Shown here in pieces: positions 7,389 to 17,587 of a stretch of DNA of 64,000 bases (positions are counted from its first letter, which is position 1; every line of letters starts with the position of its first letter). The position numbers and the translations under genes are program-made. This stretch comes from a phage: the sequence record PZ452610.1; one strand, written 5' to 3'. A model generated the notes under the pieces. That model did not search any database. It was not told the origin of the DNA and worked only from the letters and a program-made list of their open reading frames with translations.

Positions 7389-7679
7389 TCACCGTACCAT
7401 ATTAATGTAGTTATATTCAATGCAACGTAATTTCAAAGGGTTCTTGAAAATATCATATTCAAGAGGGCCTGATTCAGTTTCAATAAAGAAATCAAAATTA
7501 ACTGTGTTAAATTTATTGTCTTCACAGAGTAATTTAACCTGTGAAGATGAACGGTCGATATAAACCTTTTCAACCTCAAAGTTAGTCAGAATACCGTAGT
7601 CATCGACTAGTGCTTTAGCTGCACGTTGGTCGCTTTCATATCCATTCTCAACGGATTTTACCTTAGCATAAAGAATCAT
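7389..7679 (-). CDS. hypothetical protein
   Basis: 96 aa; ATG overlaps stop of upstream ORF (ATGA). Confidence 0.55.
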   Translation of the reverse strand: MILYAKVKSVENGYESDQRAAKALVDDYGILTNFEVEKVYIDRSSSQVKLLCEDNKFNTVNFDFFIETESGPLEYDIFKNPLKLRCIEYNYINMVR

Positions 7680-8038
7680 GAATGTTCCACCACTTCAAAG
7701 GTATGAGCATCAACAATATGGTACCAGTCAAAATTTTCTTCCGCGTTTTTATAAATTTCGCGAAGAGCCTCAACAGTTTTTCCTGTAGCAACAAGGTCGT
7801 CAATACCGCCAAGAGGATAACAGTCGTAACCGGCAAACAGAATGAAATTAATAGTTTCTGTAGGGGCCGGATGCAGTGTACCATTGTCATCGACTACTTC
7901 AAAGAACATATAACCAGGCGATTTAGATTTAATCCAAGCCCATGCTTGAGCTGCTGAATCAAATGGTCTGCGTATCAAACGACAATCAGGGTCTTTAGAA
8001 GGATTTGCTTCAAAATCCGCATATACGTGATATTTCAT
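7676..8038 (-). CDS. hypothetical protein
   Basis: Track start is TTG at 8071; preferred ATG 8038 (MKYHVYADF...) with AAGGTGAG RBS right after upstream stop. Confidence 0.55.
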   Translation of the reverse strand: MKYHVYADFEANPSKDPDCRLIRRPFDSAAQAWAWIKSKSPGYMFFEVVDDNGTLHPAPTETINFILFAGYDCYPLGGIDDLVATGKTVEALREIYKNAEENFDWYHIVDAHTFEVVEHS

Positions 8039-8039
8039 T

Positions 8040-8225
8040 TTACTCACCTTTTGCAATTTTATCCATAACAATAGCGATTAAACCGATTAGAAATGCTACT
8101 ACCAATGAGATAGAATTTTCAGTTGTTGTCAGTAGTCCGCAAATGAATCCTACAAACATCGAAAAACTAAAAGCCATTGAAGCAATTACTACAGCAACAT
8201 TACGAATCAGTTCAGCGCGTTTCAT
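8040..8225 (-). CDS. small membrane protein
   Basis: 61 aa, two hydrophobic segments; promoter cassette 8249..8285 upstream. Confidence 0.5.
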   Translation of the reverse strand: MKRAELIRNVAVVIASMAFSFSMFVGFICGLLTTTENSISLVVAFLIGLIAIVMDKIAKGE

Positions 8226-8248
8226 TTTATTATCCTCTCATGTTTTGA

Positions 8249-8285
8249 TAGGACTACTATAACATAGTCCTATCATCATGTAAAC
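8249..8285 (-). promoter_or_regulatory. early-type promoter with palindromic stem-loop (PeSL-like)
   Basis: gataggactactataacatagtcctatc perfect palindrome; minus GTTTAC -35 and TATAGT -10 with 18-nt spacer. Confidence 0.55.
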
Positions 8286-8287
8286 TA

Positions 8288-8551
8288 TTAAATACCAGCT
8301 TCGCGTTTAACATAATCGACGTAAGCTTGGATAGCTTTCTTGCTGGTAATTTTTACCTGGCCACGACCATTGCCTTCTTTAGAGTTTTTCTTAACAACTA
8401 CATTACCATCTTTAACACCCCATACATGGACGTAAGTACCGATGTTTCGGTCGTAGAACATTGCATGGTCATTGTTGTAAGAGAATGATTCATAGTTCTC
8501 TGTCAAAGCAAAAGATTCGGATTCTGCGATAAATTCTTTATACGTTTTCAT
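8288..8551 (-). CDS. internal protein (capsid targeting sequence MKTYKEFIAE)
   Basis: N-terminus matches T4 IP capsid-targeting sequence with LxE/IAE cleavage context; 87 aa. Confidence 0.7.
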   Translation of the reverse strand: MKTYKEFIAESESFALTENYESFSYNNDHAMFYDRNIGTYVHVWGVKDGNVVVKKNSKEGNGRGQVKITSKKAIQAYVDYVKREAGI

Positions 8552-8574
8552 TTATTTTTCCGTTTGGTTGTTTT

Positions 8575-8613
8575 GATAGGACTACTATAACATAGCCCTA
8601 TCAAGATGTAAAC
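8575..8613 (-). promoter_or_regulatory. early-type promoter with palindromic stem-loop (PeSL-like)
   Basis: ttgataggactactataacatagccctatc plus gtaaac. Confidence 0.5.
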
Positions 8614-8616
8614 TAC

Positions 8617-8904
8617 TTACAGAAGAGTTTTTGCAATAATTTTAAGCTGAGCTACAGAAATATGCTTAGCTTTAAACAGTGCGGTCTCTTCAGCCGGAGA
8701 GATAACAATAGTAGCGCCATCTTTCTTAGCAGACCATCCATCCCCTAAGTAAACAGTACCTTTTACTTCTTCGCCGTCAACCAGACTAATCATTGGTTTA
8801 CCCTCACGTCCTTTATTTGCTTTAATAACTTCGGAAGTAAGGGTTGCTTCGGTCAGAGTAGAAACGTTAGCAACAGGTGATATAAATTCTTTATAGGTTT
8901 TCAT
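8617..8904 (-). CDS. internal protein (capsid targeting sequence MKTYKEFI)
   Basis: N-terminal CTS-like MKTYKEFISP...LTE; 95 aa; ipII/ipIII position next to 57B. Confidence 0.7.
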   Translation of the reverse strand: MKTYKEFISPVANVSTLTEATLTSEVIKANKGREGKPMISLVDGEEVKGTVYLGDGWSAKKDGATIVISPAEETALFKAKHISVAQLKIIAKTLL

Positions 8905-8930
8905 TTTATTTCCTTGAGGTTGTTTATTTG

Positions 8931-8969
8931 ATAGGATGATAGTATCACACCATCATACTTATGTAAACT
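8931..8969 (-). promoter_or_regulatory. early-type promoter cassette
   Basis: gataggatgatagtatcac plus gtaaac; near-identical to element at 57003..57041. Confidence 0.5.
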
Positions 8970-8981
8970 GTTTTGTGAAAA

Positions 8982-9667
<686 letters not shown>

Positions 9668-9671
9668 TTTA

Positions 9672-10406
9672 TTACCTTAAGATTGTTTCAATTTTAGAAT
9701 AAAGCTCTTCTAAAGAGCCGTCGTTTGTAATAACTAAATCGCCTTCTTCAATAGGCAACCCAGCTTCTGTAATATGTTTATCAGTGGATTCCGTACCAGA
9801 GCGAACCACATGAATAACTGTAGCACCCATCGCTCTAGCGGTTTCCATTTCATGGACTTGGCGTGTATCGGTTACAACATAGTAATCGAAATCACTTCCA
9901 ATATAATCCATATAGTTTAATGCAAAAAGTTTAACCCAATACATACGGTCAAATAAATTAACGACAACATCCGTACCGAGGGCTTGCATAAGACGGCGGA
10001 TTGACCATGTGTCGTTGATATTATTTATAGCTTCACGCAGGGCTTCATACGGTTTAATATCTAGATATGAATACCCACCTTCTAAGGATGATAATACTTT
10101 AACATTATTAATTGGTAAATATTGACTTTGTAAATAAATTAGCGCTTCTTCCAATAATTCAATAACATCCAACTTATTGAGATTTAATGGTGTTTCACGG
10201 TCATATCCGACACCTTCAAAGTATTCGTATTTCAACTCTGTGAATACATTAGGGTTTTCGGCATGTTTACGTCCCCAGGCTATTGCTAGAGCGTCTTTAA
10301 TCGGATATGCCAATTGGTATTTTACGGATTTAAAGTTTGAATTGATGTAATCAGCAGTGGTGTCTTTACCACTACGTTTGACGCCACTTAAAAAGATTAG
10401 CTCCAT
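9672..10406 (-). CDS. 1: gp1 deoxynucleoside monophosphate kinase
   Basis: 244 aa; N-terminal P-loop LSGVKRSGKDT; T4 synteny 57A-1-3-2-4. Confidence 0.85.
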   Translation of the reverse strand: MELIFLSGVKRSGKDTTADYINSNFKSVKYQLAYPIKDALAIAWGRKHAENPNVFTELKYEYFEGVGYDRETPLNLNKLDVIELLEEALIYLQSQYLPINNVKVLSSLEGGYSYLDIKPYEALREAINNINDTWSIRRLMQALGTDVVVNLFDRMYWVKLFALNYMDYIGSDFDYYVVTDTRQVHEMETARAMGATVIHVVRSGTESTDKHITEAGLPIEEGDLVITNDGSLEELYSKIETILR

Positions 10407-10459
10407 AGGTTTTCCTCATATAATTTATGAGTGATTATAACATACGGAGCTAGAAGCGA

Positions 10460-11044
10460 TTAACGCAAGGAAGGGTGTCTAGAAATGGATTTAGATTCGA
10501 CTGCTTGACGTGGTTGTTGAGATACAATGACTTCACCATCCTTTTCTATCGTCATATACGCATAGTGAATAGTTGCTACGCACGTAACGGCAGGGTCAGA
10601 ATCTTCAGTGTAACTAAATTCAATTTCGCTCAGATCGGAAATCCATGGTTTATAGAAATTTGCCGTCAAAACTACTTCTGTCTTATTGTTATTTAAAATG
10701 TGCAAAGTAACAAACTCAGGACCATCGGAGTGGGCAGTATTATGTCCGGTTATATAGTTATTAGTGCTGAGCATCCATTTATACATGTTCATCCAGGACG
10801 TCATGTCTTCATCAACTATAAATCGTACAATAAAAGGGTCGTATTCAAATGTGGTGCCTGCACGCATTGCACGTCCTAACCCCATTGTGCCTGTCACAGT
10901 TTCAACAACAGGAATTCTCACACCTGGCAACGGTGCCGTTTGAGCATTGAGCACAAAACCCGAAGTTCGTGTACTATCTGGGATATCCACAACAAAGTTT
11001 GTTATATTTGTTTGGTTAAAAATCTGTCTCGTTGGACGAGTCAT
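10460..11044 (-). CDS. 3: gp3 tail completion / sheath stabilizer protein
   Basis: Track start is GTG at 11050; preferred ATG 11044; position between genes 1 and 2. Confidence 0.75.
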   Translation of the reverse strand: MTRPTRQIFNQTNITNFVVDIPDSTRTSGFVLNAQTAPLPGVRIPVVETVTGTMGLGRAMRAGTTFEYDPFIVRFIVDEDMTSWMNMYKWMLSTNNYITGHNTAHSDGPEFVTLHILNNNKTEVVLTANFYKPWISDLSEIEFSYTEDSDPAVTCVATIHYAYMTIEKDGEVIVSQQPRQAVESKSISRHPSLR

Positions 11045-11146
11045 AAGCACCTCAAAAACGCTTTAATAAAAATGCAGTATAATGGTTTTAGGTCTCTTCC
11101 ATTAATCTGGTTCAACAGAATATCAGAAGAACGGAAGAGAATAGAA

Positions 11147-11968
11147 TTAAGATTTCCAAACAGTATTCGCAGAGAAACGTTTTCCTTTTGACATAAATTG
11201 CTGAGTAGGTAACATGATTATGTTAGCCCAGTCTTTAGGAGCTATTTCTGTTATTGTTCCTCTAATGTGGCCTGGCAGGTATGCTTTAATCATTTTGTCC
11301 GCACCTTGAAATCCTTTCACCTTGCTCCAGTCTATCTTCAACTTTGTGTTATTAGTAATAGTAGTTGTGCTAGCATATTGCTTCAGCAATTCTTCAAGAA
11401 ACTGTTGTCGTGCTTTAGGTGGGATATAGTGCAAGTTTAACCCATACATCAAATTATGTTTACCTAATCCTAAATAAATAATCAAAGGATATCTGTCCCA
11501 ATACGGCAGAGTATCTTTATGTTTAGCATCATACACGTAAGTATAAATTTTGCCTGGCGTAGGCTTGACTACTTTATGACCTTTTACACTTTTCTTAATT
11601 GTTTCAACAAACCACTTAGATGATTTGTTGTTTACTGCTGCGCCTTCATTTCTAATCTTTTCTCGTATTGAACTGCGAAACGAGTTTATCATCAGAAGTT
11701 GACGTTCTTGCTTATTGAGTTTATTTTTAGGTTTAGATTCAAGCGTTTCAATTTTCTGTGCAGTCTTAATAGATGATGCATATCTAGACATTGCAGATGT
11801 AAACGACGAGTATTTTATTCCTTTTGATTCTGCAAATGCTTTTGCAGTGATTCCTTTCTCTTTAGCTTTCTTGTATTCTAATCCTATCTCAATCCATTTT
11901 CTTTCATTCATAGACTGAGCAATCTTAGGGGCTTGTACGCCTTCAGATATAATTTGGAATATGCTCAT
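11147..11968 (-). CDS. 2: gp2 DNA end protector protein
   Basis: 273 aa (T4 gp2 ~274), basic; synteny. Confidence 0.8.
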   Translation of the reverse strand: MSIFQIISEGVQAPKIAQSMNERKWIEIGLEYKKAKEKGITAKAFAESKGIKYSSFTSAMSRYASSIKTAQKIETLESKPKNKLNKQERQLLMINSFRSSIREKIRNEGAAVNNKSSKWFVETIKKSVKGHKVVKPTPGKIYTYVYDAKHKDTLPYWDRYPLIIYLGLGKHNLMYGLNLHYIPPKARQQFLEELLKQYASTTTITNNTKLKIDWSKVKGFQGADKMIKAYLPGHIRGTITEIAPKDWANIIMLPTQQFMSKGKRFSANTVWKS

Positions 11969-11970
11969 AA

Positions 11971-12420
11971 TTACCCCTTGTATCCGAGTTTTCTAAGACC
12001 ATCTTCGGTTAGAACTCGAAATTTTATATTTCTCTTTTCAGCAACAGCTGAGGCAGCTTTCCATTTGTCACAGTTCACAGACCAGGTATATATTTCATTC
12101 ATATAACGTTTCTTTGCTGCGGTAGTAAGATTTGCGGGCTTAATAGGTGGTTGAGTTTCTTTCTTTGGTTTTATTTCTACAAAGAACTCTTGACCTGATG
12201 CATCTTTCATCCATATGTCCATATAGTATCGACGTTTCTTACCTTCAGCATTACAAAAATATGGAATTACTGCTGTTTCACTACCCCATGCAATAATTTC
12301 TGGATTTTTATCCAACCATTCGAAAAAGAATTTTTCCCAGTTTGAACGATACGTTATTTTGGTATGGTCTCCACGGTATTTTTTTAAATTTTTTGGGACC
12401 CATTTACCAGAGTAGGCCAT
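11971..12420 (-). CDS. 4: gp4 head completion protein
   Basis: Preferred ATG 12420 ([11 protein letters not shown]...) with GGAGGA RBS gives 150 aa as in T4; track ORF 197 aa uses upstream non-ATG. Confidence 0.85.
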   Translation of the reverse strand: MAYSGKWVPKNLKKYRGDHTKITYRSNWEKFFFEWLDKNPEIIAWGSETAVIPYFCNAEGKKRRYYMDIWMKDASGQEFFVEIKPKKETQPPIKPANLTTAAKKRYMNEIYTWSVNCDKWKAASAVAEKRNIKFRVLTEDGLRKLGYKG

Positions 12421-12431
12421 GTTGTCCTCCT

Positions 12432-12439
12432 TATAAATA
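12432..12439 (+). promoter_or_regulatory. late promoter TATAAATA (gene 53)
   Basis: Exact TATAAATA ~43 nt upstream of gp53 start. Confidence 0.6.
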
Positions 12440-12446
12440 GTATTAT

Positions 12447-12454
12447 TATTTATA
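12447..12454 (-). promoter_or_regulatory. late promoter TATAAATA (gene 4, divergent)
   Basis: Minus-sense TATAAATA 27 nt upstream of gp4 ATG. Confidence 0.6.
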
Positions 12455-12481
12455 CCAATTTCATATTGGAAGGAGACTATC

Positions 12482-13057
12482 TTGTTATTTACATTCTTCG
12501 ACCCAATAGGATATAGTGCTAAAACAGTTGATAAGAATGCACCTACTATTCCTATGACAGACATATTTCGTAACTATAAAGAGTACTTTAAGCGTGTGGC
12601 TGCCAATTATAGATTACGTTCTTATTATATTAAAGGCTCTCCGCGTCCTGAAGAACTAGCGAATATCATTTATGGCAACCCTCAATTATACTGGGTCCTT
12701 TTGATGTGCAACGATAACTACGACCCGTATTATGGTTGGATTACATCTCAGGAAGCAGCGTATCAAGCTTCTATTCAGAAATATGCTAATGCTGGCGGCG
12801 ACCAAGTTCTTTATCATATTAATGAAAATCGTGAGAAATTTTACAATTTGGTTTCATATCCGGACGAGCCTTTAGTGTGGTATGATAAAGGTGATGAAGC
12901 TCGTAAGTATCCGCAATATAAAGGACCTTTAGCTGCAGTAGATACTTATGAAGCTGCAGTATTAGATAATGAAAAACTTCGTAAAATAAAAATTGTTGCA
13001 AAAGAAGATATAAACTCGTTTATCACAGATTTGATTCGTGAGATGGAGATTGCATAA
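12482..13057 (+). CDS. 53: gp53 baseplate wedge subunit
   Basis: 191 aa; apparent TTG start 8 nt after AAGGAG; stop overlaps gp5 ATG (TAATG). Confidence 0.85.
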   Translation: MLFTFFDPIGYSAKTVDKNAPTIPMTDIFRNYKEYFKRVAANYRLRSYYIKGSPRPEELANIIYGNPQLYWVLLMCNDNYDPYYGWITSQEAAYQASIQKYANAGGDQVLYHINENREKFYNLVSYPDEPLVWYDKGDEARKYPQYKGPLAAVDTYEAAVLDNEKLRKIKIVAKEDINSFITDLIREMEIA

Positions 13058-14790
13058 TGGAAATGATTAGCAGTAGCCTTAATTGGTTCGTGGGTGTTGT
13101 CGAGGACAGAATGGACCCATTAAAACAAGGGCGAGTTCGAGTTCGAGTCGTTGGTCTTCATCCAGCACAGAGAGCACAAGGTGATGTACAAGGTATTCCT
13201 ACAGAAAAACTTCCATGGATGACTGTTATTCAACCTATTACGTCTGCATCAATGTCAGGTATTGGTGGTTCTGTTACAGGTCCTGTTGAAGGAACTCGAG
13301 TATATGGTCATTTCTTAGACAAATGGAAAACAAACGGGATTGTACTTGGTACATACGGCGGAATCGTACGTGAAAAGCCTAATAGACTTGAAGGTTTTTC
13401 AGACCCGACAGGCCAGTATCCGCGACGTTTAGGTAATGATACGAACGTATTAAACCAAGGTGGTGAAGCTGGTTATTATTCAAACTCTAACGTAATTCAA
13501 GATAACAACTTGGATTATGGTATAAACCCGGATGATACAGATTTAGCAAATATTCCGGAAGATGATGACCCTAATTTTACAATAACAGAAATGTTACGTC
13601 GTGACGAAGGTCTTCGTGATAAAGTGTATTGGGACCATCTCGGATATCCTACCGTAGGTATTGGACACCTTATAGTAATGGAAAAAACCCGAGATATGTC
13701 TAGAATTAATAAATTGTTATCCGATCAAGTAGGGCGTGAAGTAACAGGAAATCCTGGGACTATTACATTAGAAGAAGCAACAGCGTTATTTGAGAAAGAC
13801 CTTGCTAAGATGCAGAAAGACATTCGTTCTAATTCTAAAGTAGGTCCTGTTTATGCTAAAATGAACAGATCTCGCCAAATGGCATTAGAAAACATGTGCT
13901 TCCAAATGGGCGTTGGTGGTGTAGCAAAATTCAATACTATGCTTAAAGCAATGGCCGAAGGCGATTGGAAAACTGCATACAAATCTGGACGCGATTCATT
14001 ATGGTTCCAACAGACTAAAGGGCGTGCTTCACGTGTAACAACAATTATTTTAACCGGTAACATGGAATCATACGGTGTTCCTGTTAAAACACCGCCTTCA
14101 CCAGGAGTTGGTGCTGATTTAGTTACTAGAAATACCGATCCGGAAGACCCTGCTGGTCCTCCTGTTCCATTAGATTCACGTATCCTTTTTAAAGAACCTG
14201 AATCAAGTTATCGTGGTGAGTATCCATACGTTCATGCTATGGAAACAGAAAGTGGTCATATCCAAGAGTTTGACGATACTCCAGGTAATGAACGTTATCG
14301 CTTAGTTCATCCAACAGGGTCATATGAGGAAGTTTCTCCGTCTGGGCGTCGTACTCGTAAAACTGTAGAAGACCTTTTTGACATCACTAATGGTGATGGG
14401 AACTTCTTGATTTCTGGCGATAAGCTTGTTAACGTTGGTGCTAATGAAATATATTATAACATGGCAGACCGCCTCCATCAAATAGACGGCAATGACACAA
14501 TCTTTATTCGTGGTAACCAATCTAAAACTGTTGAAGGCGATGGAACTCTTTACGTTAAGGGTAATATCAAAATAGTTGTTGACGGAAATGCAGATATTCT
14601 TGTTAAAGGTGATGCTAAAACTCAGGTCGAAGGGAATCATGATTACACCGTCAACGGAAACGTTAAATGGACTGTTAATGGTAATGTTGATATGACTGTT
14701 GCCGGTGATTGGGCAGAAAGAATGTCTACAATGAGCTCAGTAGCTTCAGGACAATACACTGTTGACGGATCTCGTATTGATATTGGGTAA
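13057..14790 (+). CDS. 5: gp5 baseplate hub subunit with tail lysozyme domain and C-terminal beta-helix
   Basis: 577 aa; internal T4-lysozyme-like segment (RRDEGLRDKVYWDHLGYPTVGIGHL) and VxGxxxxxV repeats at C-terminus. Confidence 0.95.
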   Translation: MEMISSSLNWFVGVVEDRMDPLKQGRVRVRVVGLHPAQRAQGDVQGIPTEKLPWMTVIQPITSASMSGIGGSVTGPVEGTRVYGHFLDKWKTNGIVLGTYGGIVREKPNRLEGFSDPTGQYPRRLGNDTNVLNQGGEAGYYSNSNVIQDNNLDYGINPDDTDLANIPEDDDPNFTITEMLRRDEGLRDKVYWDHLGYPTVGIGHLIVMEKTRDMSRINKLLSDQVGREVTGNPGTITLEEATALFEKDLAKMQKDIRSNSKVGPVYAKMNRSRQMALENMCFQMGVGGVAKFNTMLKAMAEGDWKTAYKSGRDSLWFQQTKGRASRVTTIILTGNMESYGVPVKTPPSPGVGADLVTRNTDPEDPAGPPVPLDSRILFKEPESSYRGEYPYVHAMETESGHIQEFDDTPGNERYRLVHPTGSYEEVSPSGRRTRKTVEDLFDITNGDGNFLISGDKLVNVGANEIYYNMADRLHQIDGNDTIFIRGNQSKTVEGDGTLYVKGNIKIVVDGNADILVKGDAKTQVEGNHDYTVNGNVKWTVNGNVDMTVAGDWAERMSTMSSVASGQYTVDGSRIDIG

Positions 14791-14793
14791 TAT

Positions 14794-15309
14794 ATGGCAC
14801 AAATACTTCCTTTAAATACCGACTTAGGAGAAGACATGGAAGGGGCGTCTATTGACGTCCTTTTTACTCCACAGTTAGAAACAACCGAAACTTTAGTGTC
14901 AATAAATATAACAGATTATGAACCGACACAAGGCATTACGGTAGACGGCAATCGTTTATATGGAACATATGAAAGTGTGTTTAGCTTTTCTTCGGATGCA
15001 TTGAAATACCGATTAAATGATGATTTTGAAACAGCATCTTCATGGGATGATTTACCAAAAGATGAATCCACACAGTTATATTTGTGGAGAGCTCCTCAGA
15101 ATCTTCGTAAAGTGTTTAGTTATACGGTTGAAATGATTTATAACTACCAAGAAGAAAGTTCATCAGGCGGTTCTAGAAGTGACTCTGGTACAGAACCTCC
15201 ACCGGCTCCAGTACAAAAAACTCTTACTAAGGTTTATACAAAAACTATAGTAGGAAATTGGAGCAAATGGGCTCATCAATTACGAAACTATGTTTATGTG
15301 AGGCCGTGA
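14794..15309 (+). CDS. 5.1: gp5.1-like protein
   Basis: 171 aa between gene 5 and PAAR gene, as in T4. Confidence 0.7.
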   Translation: MAQILPLNTDLGEDMEGASIDVLFTPQLETTETLVSINITDYEPTQGITVDGNRLYGTYESVFSFSSDALKYRLNDDFETASSWDDLPKDESTQLYLWRAPQNLRKVFSYTVEMIYNYQEESSSGGSRSDSGTEPPPAPVQKTLTKVYTKTIVGNWSKWAHQLRNYVYVRP

Positions 15310-15311
15310 AA

Positions 15312-15605
15312 ATGTCTGGCTTAAGTTACGACAAGTGCGTTACAACAGGTCATGAAGCATGGCCTCCTACTGTAATAAATGCTTCCCAATCTAAAGTATT
15401 CACCGGCGGTATTCCTGTTCTTGTAGCAGGAGACCAAATAACACCTCATACAGAAATTAAAAAACCATACGAGACTCATGGAGGTGTTACTGAACCTCGT
15501 ACATCTAAAGTATACGTCACCGGTAAAAAGGCCGTTCAAATGGCTGACCCAATTTCATGCGGGGATACTGTTTCTCAGGCCTCGTCAAAAGTCTTTATAA
15601 AATAG
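15312..15605 (+). CDS. 5.4: gp5.4 PAAR-repeat spike tip protein
   Basis: Preferred ATG 15312 ([11 protein letters not shown]...) gives 97 aa; track ORF has N-terminal extension. Confidence 0.85.
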   Translation: MSGLSYDKCVTTGHEAWPPTVINASQSKVFTGGIPVLVAGDQITPHTEIKKPYETHGGVTEPRTSKVYVTGKKAVQMADPISCGDTVSQASSKVFIK

Positions 15606-15613
15606 GAATTAAA

Positions 15614-17587
15614 ATGGCAAACACTCCTGTAAATTATCAATTAACCCGAACAGCGAATGCTATTCCCGAGATTTTTATCGGGGGCACATTTGCCGAAATC
15701 AAACAGAACATTATCGAATGGCTCCATGGACAGAATGAATTTCTTGACTATGATTTTGAAGGTTCACGCTTAAACGTATTGTGCGACCTTTTAGCATATA
15801 ACACTCTTTACATCCAACAGTTCAGTAATAGTGCAGTGTATGAAAGTTTTATGCGCACTGCAAACTTGCGTAGCTCTGTTGTACAAGCGGCTCAAGATAA
15901 CGGATATCTGCCTTCATCTAAATCAGCAGCACAAACAGAAATTATGCTCACATGTACGGATGCGTTAAATAGAAACTATATCACCATTCCACGTGGCACT
16001 CGTTTCTTAGCATATGCTAAAGATACTTCTGTTAACCCATATAACTTTGTTTCTACTGAAGATGTCATTGTAGTTAAAGACAAAAATAACCAATATTTCC
16101 CACGTCTTAGATTAGCTCAGGGACGTATTGTTCGTACTGAATTAACATTTGATAAATTAAAACCTATCATTATTCGTGATAAGAACATTGACCGTAATTT
16201 AGTTAAGTTGTACGTTGATGGAGCAGAATGGATTAACTGGACTCGTAAGTCGATGGTTCACGCTGGTTCTACGTCAACAATCTATTATATGCGTGAAACA
16301 GTTGATGGGAACACCGAATTTTATTTTGGTGAAGGCGAAATCTCTATTAACACATCAGAAGGTGCGTTAACATCCAACTATATTGGTGGCCTTAAACCTG
16401 TTCAGGGTTCTAAAATCGTAATTGAGTATATTTCTACTAATGGCGCAGATGCTAACGGTGCTGTAGGATTTTCTTATGCTGATACATTAGCTAATATCAC
16501 GGTAATCGATATTAATGAGAACCCTAGCAATAACCCAGACTTTGTCGGGGCCGATGGCGGCGGCGACCCTGAAGATATTGAACGTATTCGAGAATTAGGC
16601 ACAATTAAACGCGAAACTCAACAACGTTGTGTAACCGCTTCCGACTATGACACATTCGTCTCTGAGCGGTTTGGTTCTATTATTCAAGCAGTTCAAACAT
16701 TCACAGATTCGTCTAAACCTGGGTATGCATACATTGCTGCTAAGCCTAAATCTGGATTGTATTTGACTTCTGTCCAACGTGATGATATCAAAAACTATTT
16801 GAATGATTATAACTTAGGGACTATTACACCTGTTGTTATTTCGCCTGATTATTTGTTTATCAAAATGAATATCAAAGTTACGTACGCGTTGAATAAACTC
16901 CAAGAATCAGAACAATATCTTGAAGGGCAAATTATTAATAAAATTGACCGATATTATATTGAAGATGTAGAAATTTTTAACTCATCGTTTGCAAAATCTA
17001 AAATGCTAACTTATGTCGATGATGCAGATATTTCTATTATTGGTTCTTCAGCTACTATTCAAATGGTTCGCGAAGTACAGAACTTTTATAAAACGCCTGA
17101 GGCCGGTATTAAATACAATAATCAGATTAAAGATAGATCGATGGAATCTAATATATTCTCGTTTGATTCGCACAGACCTAATCCAGAAAATGCAAACGAA
17201 ACTATTAAATACGGTGTTCGCATAGTATCTTCTGACCGTAATGACCGTGGCATAGGTCAAGTTATTATTGGTCCATTTGCAGATGGCGATGTTGTTGAAA
17301 ACGAAAATATACAACCTTATACAGGTAATGATTTTAATAAACTTACTGTTACTGACGGACGAAACAAATACTATTCAATTGGTGAGGTGAATTATCCTGC
17401 CGATTCGATTTATTGGAACATTGCTAAAATTGACCTCACTTCAGACCGTTTTGAAGTTCAGACAATTGAACTTTATTCCGACCCTGCAGATGATATTATT
17501 TTTACAAAGGATGGTTCTTTAATCGTATTCGAAAATGACTTACGTCCTCAGTACTTAACTATAGATTTGGAGCCTATTTCACAATGA
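15614..17587 (+). CDS. 6: gp6 baseplate wedge subunit
   Basis: Preferred ATG 15614 (MANTPVNYQL...) after gp5.4 stop, 657 aa; track start 15557 overlaps gp5.4. Confidence 0.9.
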   Translation: MANTPVNYQLTRTANAIPEIFIGGTFAEIKQNIIEWLHGQNEFLDYDFEGSRLNVLCDLLAYNTLYIQQFSNSAVYESFMRTANLRSSVVQAAQDNGYLPSSKSAAQTEIMLTCTDALNRNYITIPRGTRFLAYAKDTSVNPYNFVSTEDVIVVKDKNNQYFPRLRLAQGRIVRTELTFDKLKPIIIRDKNIDRNLVKLYVDGAEWINWTRKSMVHAGSTSTIYYMRETVDGNTEFYFGEGEISINTSEGALTSNYIGGLKPVQGSKIVIEYISTNGADANGAVGFSYADTLANITVIDINENPSNNPDFVGADGGGDPEDIERIRELGTIKRETQQRCVTASDYDTFVSERFGSIIQAVQTFTDSSKPGYAYIAAKPKSGLYLTSVQRDDIKNYLNDYNLGTITPVVISPDYLFIKMNIKVTYALNKLQESEQYLEGQIINKIDRYYIEDVEIFNSSFAKSKMLTYVDDADISIIGSSATIQMVREVQNFYKTPEAGIKYNNQIKDRSMESNIFSFDSHRPNPENANETIKYGVRIVSSDRNDRGIGQVIIGPFADGDVVENENIQPYTGNDFNKLTVTDGRNKYYSIGEVNYPADSIYWNIAKIDLTSDRFEVQTIELYSDPADDIIFTKDGSLIVFENDLRPQYLTIDLEPISQ

